Shown here piece after piece: positions 6,435 to 14,972 of a stretch of DNA of 32,000 nt (its first letter is position 1; every line of letters starts with the position of its first letter). Below the pieces are notes generated by a model. It ran no database searches. It saw only the letters and a list, made by a program, of their open reading frames with translations, and was not told where the DNA came from. The DNA comes from Candidatus Poseidoniaceae archaeon. GTDB lineage: Archaea > Thermoplasmatota > Poseidoniia > Poseidoniales > Poseidoniaceae. The DNA lies in the NCBI GenBank assembly GCA_943789275.1, contig CALSTM010000003.1, forward strand, positions 30,001 through 62,000, in the 5' to 3' direction. The translations under genes were made by a program, and so were the position numbers.

Positions 6435-8726
6435 TCATACAAGATTCACTTCGCAATGCCCGAGCCGCGTTCGAGCCACCCGGTGATCCGGATCAATAGC
6501 AAGAACTGCTCTCCATGCGGCAGCAGCCTCGACATGGCGTTCTTGTTGATGAAGTGTAGCCGCGATGTGAAGGCGTGAATCAAGATGGTTGCCATCACAC
6601 TTTACGGCAGCCTGGAAGTCGTCAAAGGCAGCATCTGACTCCTTGAGGTCAAGATACAAAAGTCCGCGTTGGTGCCATGCAGGTGCGTGGTTTGGATTGA
6701 GACGGATTGCTTCATTCAATGGGCCTTCTGCGCGCTCAGGTCGTTTCAATGAAAGATAACATGAGCCGAGCTTTGTCAAAGCTTGATAGTGATGTGGCGC
6801 TGATTCAAGAACCATTTTGAGGTCGTCACGTGCATTCTCCCATTCCGACAAATGCATGTATCCTTCCGCCCTACGGAAGCGTGCCAGAACAAGAGATGGA
6901 GCGAGGTCAAGGAGAATTTCACAATCATCGAGAACTTTTCGACCTTCATTGAGGGCCAGTAATATGCCGCTGCGGTTTATTCGGGCGCGGATGTGAGAAG
7001 GGTCTGATGTAAGCGCCTCGTCATAATGCATGAGTGCCTTATCCAGTGAACCGGTTTGTGCAGCAATATTGCCACGTACATAGTGAACAGTTGCAGTATG
7101 CCCGTGGACTGCGGCGGCCTCGATGTGCTTACTCGCTGCGGACGGGTCTTGCAAATCTAAAGCAAGGAGTGCTGCTTCGGAAGCGGCGGATGGGTCTTCA
7201 CTTGGCAACAACCGAAGAGCGCGAGCAATGTCTTCTTGGGCGCCTTCGTAATCTGAAACCAAGCGCTTTGTTCGAGCAAGGCCCAACCAAGCAACACCGG
7301 ATTCTCGGTCAAGTCGCAATGCGTCATTGAAAGCGGTGATGGCTTCGGAGAGAAGGGTTTGATCTGTTTCTCCAGTGCCGTCTCTTTGACGGTCTGCGCG
7401 AGCCAAATGAAGGCGACCTTCGATGACATGAAGGAGTGAATGGTCAATACCCAAGGGAGTTTCATCAAGCAGTTTCTGCGCTTCGTCGATATGTCCGTTG
7501 ATGAGTTTCCGGCTCGCCATTCGTGCGCGAAGTTCTGCGTTATCTGGAGACTCAAGTAAAGCACGGTTCAGGGCCTCTTCTGACTCAGTAATCTTGCCGC
7601 TGGCCATCAACAGGTCGGACTTAAGGAAAATGAGTTTTGTTCCGCCAGCAGATAGGGCCACTGCGTGCACAGCTGCCTTGAGGGCTTCATCGAGTTTGTT
7701 CGACATAGGAGCAAGAAGTTGAGCAAGCAATCCCCAAGCCTCACCGTTCTGTCGGTCGAGTTCCAAACACCGTTCAACAGCCTGCTGAGCTTTGCCAAGT
7801 TCGTCGTCAGCAAACAAAAGTTGGGCATAACTGCACCAATCATCAGAGCGGCTTGGGTTTTCAGCTAAAGCCAATTCAATGGCTTCAAGCGCTTCGGAGC
7901 GGGAACCAGCCCGCGCCCGTAGGCCCGAAAGGAGGGAGCGGTCAGCAGCGGTTTCAACGCCCAATGCTTCAAGCCGTCGTACGTCTCGCTCAGCACCTGC
8001 ATCCCCAAGTTTGGCGAGTAAGTGAGCGTGTGCGCGAAGCAGATCTGGTTGGTCGGGAGATACCGTCATGCGAGCTTCAAGCCAGTGCCTACGCAATTCT
8101 TCATCGCCCCGTAATAGAGCGATGTGTTCGAGTGCTTCGAGAATGTTCTTGTTTCCTGGAGACGACCTGTATGCAATTCCAAAGCATGACTCTGCCCAAT
8201 CGTACCGTCGTAGATGAAGGCAAGCGTGGCCAAAGCGATGAGCGGCTACAGGGGTAAGTCCAAGCATCTCCGCAGAAACATTCCGAACAGCAAAAACATC
8301 GAGTAATCGGGAGAGGAGGCTTTCGGTCGTTGATGCGAGCAGGCCTTCCCCGCCAACGGCGGTCTCTGGAGAAATAGCAGAAATTAACGCCTCTAATGCC
8401 GCAAGTGCTTCTTCATGAGTGGTTTCCAAATCAAACTCGGATTGGGATTCATATTGATGCAAAACAGAATGGACGAGAAGAGCCCCATCAATTTCAGGAT
8501 GGGTAGCGCGTAATGCCTGGACTAAGTCGGTCATCTGCGATAACTGGCTCCTCAAAGCGTTCACTTCGGAGTTGAGGTGAGAGAAGTGAGCTGCTTGTGC
8601 CTGTTGAAGAACAAGAGAGGAATCGGTGAGTGAATCAAGGCGTGCGTCTGCCTTCTTCAGCCAAAATCCTGCTCCACCGCCGGCACCAAGACAAGCGAGG
8701 CCAAATACTGCAGTTATGGGGTCCAT
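6435..8726 (-). CDS. TPR-repeat protein with N-terminal transmembrane anchor
   Basis: 763-aa ORF. N-terminal ITAVFGLACLGAGGGAGFWL, a coiled-coil-like stretch, then repeated 34-residue TPR-type units (e.g. AWLGLARTKRLVSDYEGAQEDIARALRLLPSE, AWHQRGLLYLDLKESDAAFDDFQAAVKCDGNH). Its stop is 31 nt upstream of the start of paralog B, on the same strand. Confidence 0.85.
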   Translation of the reverse strand: MDPITAVFGLACLGAGGGAGFWLKKADARLDSLTDSSLVLQQAQAAHFSHLNSEVNALRSQLSQMTDLVQALRATHPEIDGALLVHSVLHQYESQSEFDLETTHEEALAALEALISAISPETAVGGEGLLASTTESLLSRLLDVFAVRNVSAEMLGLTPVAAHRFGHACLHLRRYDWAESCFGIAYRSSPGNKNILEALEHIALLRGDEELRRHWLEARMTVSPDQPDLLRAHAHLLAKLGDAGAERDVRRLEALGVETAADRSLLSGLRARAGSRSEALEAIELALAENPSRSDDWCSYAQLLFADDELGKAQQAVERCLELDRQNGEAWGLLAQLLAPMSNKLDEALKAAVHAVALSAGGTKLIFLKSDLLMASGKITESEEALNRALLESPDNAELRARMASRKLINGHIDEAQKLLDETPLGIDHSLLHVIEGRLHLARADRQRDGTGETDQTLLSEAITAFNDALRLDRESGVAWLGLARTKRLVSDYEGAQEDIARALRLLPSEDPSAASEAALLALDLQDPSAASKHIEAAAVHGHTATVHYVRGNIAAQTGSLDKALMHYDEALTSDPSHIRARINRSGILLALNEGRKVLDDCEILLDLAPSLVLARFRRAEGYMHLSEWENARDDLKMVLESAPHHYQALTKLGSCYLSLKRPERAEGPLNEAIRLNPNHAPAWHQRGLLYLDLKESDAAFDDFQAAVKCDGNHLDSRLHIAATLHQQERHVEAAAAWRAVLAIDPDHRVARTRLGHCEVNLV

Positions 8727-8800
8727 TGGCCTTCACCCGCACTTTGCCCCTTTATGGTCTGCGGAGGAATTGGGGGTTCAAACGATGATTTGCGCACCCC

Positions 8801-8810
8801 TAAAAATTAT
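8801..8810 (+). promoter_or_regulatory. TATA-like box (TAAAAATTAT) upstream of the 969-aa gene
   Basis: An A/T-rich decamer ending 33 nt before ATG 8843, in the 116-bp divergent intergenic region. The reverse complement could also serve the TPR gene. Confidence 0.3.
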
Positions 8811-8842
8811 CCAGAAAGAGTGATTGTCGAACTTGGCCGGCA

Positions 8843-11752
8843 ATGAAACTGATTCAAAAGGTAGCGAATTCGGTTGTTTCTTTGCTCACATTCAAAGGCT
8901 CTCGTAGTTCTTGGAGTGTTGGGGTCGAAGTCGTGGACAATGTTGATGACGAATTCGAAGGCCCTTGGTATGCCCAACGAATTCAAGATTTGAGTCTTGA
9001 AGGATGGGTTGTTGATTCCATCGAAGCGTATCTCGAAGAAGATATCGAACTTGCAAGCGAACGTATCGTATACGTCGATTTTGCAGTGGACTTGGCCCAA
9101 GAACTGCTTGAAAGAACAGGGTACCTTGGGGAATCGGTGAATCTCCGTTCAATGGAACAAAGCGATGTGTGGGAACAAGAACTACGAGACCCTATGAACG
9201 CTGAACGAGTTCTTGAAGAATACAGTGCGTGGGCAAAAGAATGGCGTCCATGGGAATTGGAACTTAATCGCGGGCTTATCGCCTGGCGAGATGCTGAAAT
9301 GGAGGAAGATTACGCTTCTTATCTAGCACGGTTTGACGCTTTAGATGCTTCATCTCTCCCTTCGGCTCGGATTCTAGCCCCGCTGTTGTCTGAACCCGAG
9401 GAGACTGAAGAAATTCACCGCGTTTTAAGCGGGTTGGAAGAAGATGAACGGCGACAGAGAACGGCGATTTCCAACGCGGCAGAGATGCTTGCTGATGCCG
9501 GTTTCAACGTCGGCCATGTTGAGAAGATGTCCATCATCGAAGGATTGGATTGGATTACACAGTTGCATGAGTTTCATGATGTGCATGAAGAGTTGCGGCT
9601 GTTAATTCTTGAACAAATTGGAGTGTTTGACCCGGGGCTGGCCCAGCATCACGAAGCGCGTAGAAGGGAATTGCTTCGTGAAAACTCCCATCCTGAATTG
9701 CGGAACTTCAGATTACAAATGGATTCAATTGCTGATAATTTACACCAACGGTTGGCTCGGCTGAATGACTTACTCAATGAATGGCGTGAACGCGGAATTG
9801 TATTCCCTCACGGCGACAGTGTCCGGCCCCCAGAATTACTTGAATGGGAAACAAACCTGCCAGAGATTGAAGCAACTTTGGAACTCCACCTCCAAGCGTT
9901 AAGCCGATGGGAAACTATCACGCATGCTTGGCAAGATGAAAGCAGTTCCGGAGCAAAATATGCCGGGGTTTTGGAGCAAACTGAGCAATTTATCGATCAT
10001 GTCGACCATCTTGACCAAAAATGGAAACAGTATGAGCTTGAAGCACTCATGTTTGTTGAAAAATACGAGCAAATGGGACTGGCGATGGGCGATTGGAGCG
10101 ATGAGATTCAACGAGACCCTCGGGGCGCTGTCCAACAACTGAAAAAGAACCAACATCGGTTCGACATCCGATTTGAGTGCATTGAGAAATTAGCAAGTAT
10201 TGACACTTCATTCGAAGGGAAAATGGAGATTGAAGCACGTATTGAATTGCTGAAAGAAATGGATGTCGACCTTGAAATTCTTGAACATACCAAAGAGTTG
10301 ATTGAAAGAATGGCTCGAAGAGGTGCTCGGCATCGAAGAATGCTGGAGCAAGATTGGAGACAACTTGTTACAGAAGGAAAAGCACAGGATTCATTGGCTA
10401 CTTCGAGTCTCTCGCTTGCAGAATTTGAAAGTGAAATAGGTCATGTCCGACGGTTTGGCACTTCGAGTTCGGCTTCAAGAACGGGTGGGTCAATTGTGGC
10501 AGGTGAAGTCCACCAGCGTCTTATTCGGAGAACGCAGCAAGAGCTTGCTGTGTTGCAATCTGCTGGGTGGAACGTTCATCAATTGCTGATCGATGTTGAG
10601 GACAACCCGGTTGATGTCGCTCAAAAATTGAATGCTTTCAGAACCTACATCGAAACGTACTCTCGCCAATCTCGACGACTCAAGCATCTTCCATGGCATC
10701 GAGATGTGGCACTTGCATTGGAAGTACAACAGCAACTACGAGATCCCACTCAATTGAACTCGATCTTCGGCAGTATTGCTTCATTCGCACAACACCTCGC
10801 ATCTCGTAAAAGTGAAGATGGAAAGTTCGTCTTTGATGCTTGGACGCCTCAACCCATTCGACAAACTCTTGTTCCAGTTCCTGAACACACAGCCCTCCAA
10901 ACAATGGTTCCAAAGGACGCTTTAGGTGATGCTTACGAAGCGATACTTGAGGCAATGGAAGACAAGACTTCAGAGGAAGGTGAACAGGGGGAAGAAGAGG
11001 CGATGAGTGATTCGGCTCCAGTTCAACCCGCTTCCGATGAAGAACATAACAGCGATGCATCGGAAGATTCAGAGTCCATCGAACAAGAAGCGGAAGTCGT
11101 AACTCCCGTTGCAGAACTAAGCGCAACAGATGTTCAAGCGACAACAGAAAAAATCGCGGAACGACCTATCGTTAAACATGAGTCTCGTATTGAGAATCCG
11201 TCCGCTGAATTGGCGGTAAAGGTTGAACCCAAATCCTCCGACTCCCCCGTGCCGCTCGGCGTTTACAAGAACATCGTTCAGTTCTTACATGCCATAAATT
11301 TAGATGATTATGCAGACGATATGGAATTGAATGGCGGGGATTCTCTACCGAATGTTCGCCGAGGGTTGGCAAAACATGTTGGTGTCACTCCGCGCGACAC
11401 ACGGGTTGACCGGATGCTCAGACTCGCCCTTCGCCTACTACCGCAGAACAACGAATTCGACGAAAAGAAATCCGAACTTTTGGCCCTGATGGCTGGAAAT
11501 TTGAAAACAATGCAACGGTGGATGCGGTCTCGACTGGAACATCGGCACTCCGGCTCCGGTGACCATTTTCTCGAGGATGCCCGTCAACTTGGGGTTGCTC
11601 TCAAGCGCATACCTGGGCCAGGCTACCCTGTTCCATTGAGTGCAGATGATTACGACCTCCCTAATGCAAACGACATCAAAGCCTTAGAATCCGAAGTAAA
11701 GCAACTTATTGATCACTTGAATCTCCCTACGGCGGGCGGAATCAAAGCATAA
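8843..11752 (+). CDS. Large (969 aa) very acidic, predominantly helical protein of unknown function
   Basis: Single uninterrupted ORF. No TM segment or signal peptide and no enzyme motif recognised. Recurrent W-x-x-E-L-E type helical segments and an internal D/E/S-rich linker (EGEQGEEEAMSDS...SEDSESIEQEAE). Confidence 0.85.
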   Translation: MKLIQKVANSVVSLLTFKGSRSSWSVGVEVVDNVDDEFEGPWYAQRIQDLSLEGWVVDSIEAYLEEDIELASERIVYVDFAVDLAQELLERTGYLGESVNLRSMEQSDVWEQELRDPMNAERVLEEYSAWAKEWRPWELELNRGLIAWRDAEMEEDYASYLARFDALDASSLPSARILAPLLSEPEETEEIHRVLSGLEEDERRQRTAISNAAEMLADAGFNVGHVEKMSIIEGLDWITQLHEFHDVHEELRLLILEQIGVFDPGLAQHHEARRRELLRENSHPELRNFRLQMDSIADNLHQRLARLNDLLNEWRERGIVFPHGDSVRPPELLEWETNLPEIEATLELHLQALSRWETITHAWQDESSSGAKYAGVLEQTEQFIDHVDHLDQKWKQYELEALMFVEKYEQMGLAMGDWSDEIQRDPRGAVQQLKKNQHRFDIRFECIEKLASIDTSFEGKMEIEARIELLKEMDVDLEILEHTKELIERMARRGARHRRMLEQDWRQLVTEGKAQDSLATSSLSLAEFESEIGHVRRFGTSSSASRTGGSIVAGEVHQRLIRRTQQELAVLQSAGWNVHQLLIDVEDNPVDVAQKLNAFRTYIETYSRQSRRLKHLPWHRDVALALEVQQQLRDPTQLNSIFGSIASFAQHLASRKSEDGKFVFDAWTPQPIRQTLVPVPEHTALQTMVPKDALGDAYEAILEAMEDKTSEEGEQGEEEAMSDSAPVQPASDEEHNSDASEDSESIEQEAEVVTPVAELSATDVQATTEKIAERPIVKHESRIENPSAELAVKVEPKSSDSPVPLGVYKNIVQFLHAINLDDYADDMELNGGDSLPNVRRGLAKHVGVTPRDTRVDRMLRLALRLLPQNNEFDEKKSELLALMAGNLKTMQRWMRSRLEHRHSGSGDHFLEDARQLGVALKRIPGPGYPVPLSADDYDLPNANDIKALESEVKQLIDHLNLPTAGGIKA

Positions 11753-12979
11753 TCAAGAGAGTTCATTGAGAAGACTGTTTTGTTCTTCTTCACTCAGTGT
11801 GCCCTCAACTGGAGATGCCGTTACGGCTACTTCTGGAGCGTTTGGCATAGGTGCATCGAGTGGAATTGGCGCGCCAGGTATGCCGAGTGGCGGTGGCATT
11901 GGCATACCCCCTGCTATCTGAGGAAGCGGCGCTGGCGGCGGGAGGGGCGCAGTTGGGAGTGTTGCAGCCACTGGAGGGCCTGCGATTGGCGGCGGTGGAA
12001 TGTTCTGCGGCGGCGGTATAGGGGCGCTTGGAAGGGGTGGCGCTATAGGTGGGCCCGGAATTATTTGTGGAGTTGCGGGCACGGGTAAAGGCTCGGGAAC
12101 TGTGGCTACAAGAGGTGACGGGGCCAGCGGCTGACCGAGTTGCTGCTGTGCTGCTGGTTCGGGGATTGCCAAAGGTGCTGCAGGATGGGGTGCGGGCAAG
12201 GCGACTGGCGCAGGAGGCGGTGGAGGGGGGGCTGCAAGGCTTGCATGGAGTTCCTCAACCGCTGAAGTTTCAAGAATCCCTGTTCTCAAAAGACCCGCCA
12301 TCTCTGAACCAAGGTAAGCCATGCTTGCCCGGAAAAAGGGGCGGTCTGTACCGTAGCCACGAAGTGTATGGGTGAGAACACCGCCGGAATTGGCGAATTC
12401 CAACCGATGTGTCTCAAGGTGCATCTTCGTCCAATTCCATAAGCCGGCACTGACAAAAACAAGGCCCAATAGAGTGAAAACGAGGATGTTTGACAGTAAG
12501 AGCACGGCTCCAAGGAAAGCCGATCCCAACCACAGGTACTGGTGCTTGTGCATCAATTCATTATGATGGTGTTTGAAACCTGTCAACTCTCTCTTCATTG
12601 AAAGTGAAACGTTCATTCGACGTTGTCCATCGGCATCTAAACGCGTTTCGATAATCCGCAGAAGATCCTCATCGAGAACCAATGAGGTAGATTTCATTCC
12701 ATCTGAAGTTTGCAGGAGTGGGTATTCGGTGACTGACTCGTTATGAAACTGTTCGAGTAAGGGTGCAGCGCGAACGGGGAGTGTCCATTGCACGCCTTCT
12801 GGCGAAGGCGCTCCTTCCAAGGGAACAGGTGTTAATTCATCGTCGGAGTCTTCAGGCTCAATCGAAGCAAGGGGCTCCCCAACCGCAGCACTCGATTGTT
12901 CGGTCGCTTCCTCGTTCGATGTCTTGGCATCAAACGGGTCTGCATCATCAGGCCACTCGGTTGCCGCGTCCTCGCCCAT
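11753..12979 (-). CDS. Membrane protein with acidic N-terminus, TM hairpin and ~135-residue polyproline C-terminal region
   Basis: 408-aa ORF. TM hairpin YLWLGSAFLGAVLLLSNILVFTLLGLVFVSAGLW. Residues ~249-383 are about 45% Pro (PPPPPPAPVALPAPHP...IPPPQNIPPPPIAGPP...MPMPPPLGIPGAPIP). Its start is 41 nt downstream of the dnaG stop, on the same strand. Confidence 0.8.
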   Translation of the reverse strand: MGEDAATEWPDDADPFDAKTSNEEATEQSSAAVGEPLASIEPEDSDDELTPVPLEGAPSPEGVQWTLPVRAAPLLEQFHNESVTEYPLLQTSDGMKSTSLVLDEDLLRIIETRLDADGQRRMNVSLSMKRELTGFKHHHNELMHKHQYLWLGSAFLGAVLLLSNILVFTLLGLVFVSAGLWNWTKMHLETHRLEFANSGGVLTHTLRGYGTDRPFFRASMAYLGSEMAGLLRTGILETSAVEELHASLAAPPPPPPAPVALPAPHPAAPLAIPEPAAQQQLGQPLAPSPLVATVPEPLPVPATPQIIPGPPIAPPLPSAPIPPPQNIPPPPIAGPPVAATLPTAPLPPPAPLPQIAGGMPMPPPLGIPGAPIPLDAPMPNAPEVAVTASPVEGTLSEEEQNSLLNELS

Positions 12980-13020
12980 GCATGGACGAGAGTTAACGCA
13001 TTAGATGAAGGTAGCAGTTC

Positions 13021-14265
13021 TCAGCGATGAATTTCTGCCAACCAAGACTTAACGTCTTCACGCTCAGCGTATCCTTTACCCGCTTTCGTACCGATAACAG
13101 TTTCAATAGCTGATTCGGAAGCAATCTCCAGAGTGCGTTCGCTCACTGGCCCGTTGAACACGATGGCAACAGCGCCGTCTGCACTGCCAGCAGCCTTCGA
13201 TAGAGTCGATGGGCCGACCGGTTCTGAAACGGTACCGTCAACCATAACGAAAACGGCTTTGTTCTTGTCAAGAGCATCGAGGTGATCGAACATTTCTTGA
13301 ACTTCAGCAGGGGCTTCAGCTACTTCGTAGACTTCGCCCATGTCTTCGGCCCAGTTCTTGTCCGGTACACCCGCTTTCTCATCATCTTCAGCTTGTTTCT
13401 TGCTGAGTGAATGAGCGAATTTCTTGGCTTCCACTTTCATAGAGAGGCACTTTGTAACGGTCTTTTGAGGAAGTAATTCCCATTCTTGCCCAACTGGGGC
13501 TTGAGCGACAAAGTCAACTTTCATAGTGTCCATGAGTTGGCTGAATAACATCTCGCCACCACGGTCACCGTCGATGGCGAGTATGACGGTTTCCTTACCG
13601 TTTGCCAAATCGATCAGTTCTTGCTTCATGGTGCCTGCACCGTCTGCACTAATGGCGTTCTTAACGCCGCAGTTGAGGAGGTTGCGAACATCGTTTCGAC
13701 CTTCGACAATAATCAGTGAAGATGAAGATTCAATGTTTGGCCCACAGGTTAGTCCGTGGAAATTGGTCGCCGTTCCAGTCGTCATTACTGAACGAACTTC
13801 TTCAATAATTGTCTTGGAGGCTGCTTCGCCTGAATTCACGAGGTTGAGCAACAGTTCCTTTGCCCTGTCAACGACAGCGGTTCTCTTGGTTGCTCGAATA
13901 TCTTGTATTTCGACAACTTTGATAATAGCGTTGCATGGGCCAATTCGGTCAATTGTTTCAAGTGCTGAAGCAATGATTGCTGTTTCAACATTGTCGAGGC
14001 TGCTCGGAATCAAGATGAGTCCGTGGACTTTTCCACCTTTGGATTCTGTTTCGACATCGACGTGTCCTATTCGTGCAGTTCGTTGCAGTTTACGCAATTC
14101 AAGTTCGTCGCCAAGAAGGCCTTCTGTTTGACCCATGATGGCGCCAATAATGTCCTTGCGCTGGACTGTTCCGTTTACTTTGATATCGGCGCGGATTTGA
14201 TATTTCATTGCCTTGCCTTGCTTTTGACCGCCTGAGCGGCCTCCTGAGTTGTGTTTTCGAGCCAT
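13021..14265 (-). CDS. dnaG: Archaeal DnaG (Toprim-domain primase-like, exosome-associated protein)
   Basis: Archaeal DnaG N-terminal signature KYQIRADIKVNGTVQRKDIIGAIMGQTEGLLGDELELRKLQRTARIG. Toprim motifs IIVEGRNDVRNL and ILAIDGDRGGE. The track start at 14289 is GTG. I prefer ATG 14265, which has GGAG 8 nt upstream. Confidence 0.92.
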   Translation of the reverse strand: MARKHNSGGRSGGQKQGKAMKYQIRADIKVNGTVQRKDIIGAIMGQTEGLLGDELELRKLQRTARIGHVDVETESKGGKVHGLILIPSSLDNVETAIIASALETIDRIGPCNAIIKVVEIQDIRATKRTAVVDRAKELLLNLVNSGEAASKTIIEEVRSVMTTGTATNFHGLTCGPNIESSSSLIIVEGRNDVRNLLNCGVKNAISADGAGTMKQELIDLANGKETVILAIDGDRGGEMLFSQLMDTMKVDFVAQAPVGQEWELLPQKTVTKCLSMKVEAKKFAHSLSKKQAEDDEKAGVPDKNWAEDMGEVYEVAEAPAEVQEMFDHLDALDKNKAVFVMVDGTVSEPVGPSTLSKAAGSADGAVAIVFNGPVSERTLEIASESAIETVIGTKAGKGYAEREDVKSWLAEIHR

Positions 14266-14294
14266 ATGTATTTCTCCTTCTATCGACACCCCGT

Positions 14295-14321
14295 TCCAAA
14301 AAAGATGGGCCGAAGCCCATC
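14295..14321 (-). terminator. Terminator-like element in the dnaG leader: 7-bp GC-rich stem with UUCG tetraloop followed by T6
   Basis: The minus strand reads GATGGGC-TTCG-GCCCATC-TTTTTT. It ends about 30 nt upstream of the dnaG ATG. No annotated minus-strand gene lies upstream of it. Confidence 0.4.
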
Positions 14322-14421
14322 ACATATTTGCTGCATATGCGACGAAGTCACAATGCGTGAAAGGGAGGTGGATGGTTGCTCCACGGGCCGACTCCTTTTC
14401 AATGCTCTTACATATTTCGTC

Positions 14422-14438
14422 AAAAAATTAAATTTTTA
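14422..14438. promoter_or_regulatory. A/T-rich near-palindromic box (AAAAAATTAAATTTTTA), candidate bidirectional TATA region
   Basis: It lies 43-59 nt upstream of GTG 14481. A transcription start ~25 nt downstream would leave a leader containing GAGGAGGG. On the minus strand it faces the dnaG leader. Confidence 0.3.
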
Positions 14439-14480
14439 CCATACAAGAGATTCAAGAAGAGGAGGGTTCTCCATTGACGC

Positions 14481-14972
14481 GTGACGACCTCGAATTCTCG
14501 GAATTTAGATGTGTTCCGCAGCACCGTGGAAGTGATGCTCGGAGACGGACGTCTCACACGAGAAGAAAAAAGGCTAACCATCAAATTAGCAAGTGCGTTA
14601 GGACTCACCGAACATCAGCCTGCTGAAATCTACAAAGCGATTCAAAACGGCGAAGAGTCCGAGCCTGGCGAACTTGTGACCATTGAAGAAGCACGAGAAG
14701 TCTATACCAAAGTCTTCGAAGTCGCTATCGTCAACGCATCCCTTTCAAGAGACGAGTTTCGAGTCTTGGCCCATCTACGTTCAGCCTTTGAGATCGATGA
14801 TGAGGAACACGAGACAATCGAAACCACTCTCCGGGAAATCGTCAAAGAAAAATTCGAGGACCCCGGCGTTGTTGACAAAATGCTCCACACACTCCGCGAT
14901 TCGGTAGGCTTGGTTGGCGATATCTTTGATACGGTAAGGAAAAAGACCACTGATGGTGGTCGAAGTGAATGA
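14481..14972 (+). CDS. TerB-like / DjlA-N-like helical domain protein
   Basis: 163-aa ORF with a GTG start preceded by GAGGAGGG. Two units of the TerB-type pattern: GDGRLTREEKRLTIKLASALGL and SLSRDEFRVLAHLRSAFEIDDEE. Confidence 0.6.
   Translation: MTTSNSRNLDVFRSTVEVMLGDGRLTREEKRLTIKLASALGLTEHQPAEIYKAIQNGEESEPGELVTIEEAREVYTKVFEVAIVNASLSRDEFRVLAHLRSAFEIDDEEHETIETTLREIVKEKFEDPGVVDKMLHTLRDSVGLVGDIFDTVRKKTTDGGRSE

Noticed and set aside
11780-12375. Plus-strand ORFs (102 aa and 108 aa) rich in W/R/G opposite the polyproline region
   Set aside because: They are the complement of CCN Pro codons (GGN/NGG). This is a compositional artefact.
13526-14131. 201-aa plus-strand ORF antisense to dnaG
   Set aside because: dnaG on the minus strand carries unambiguous family motifs. 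The antisense product is a Ser-rich low-information sequence.
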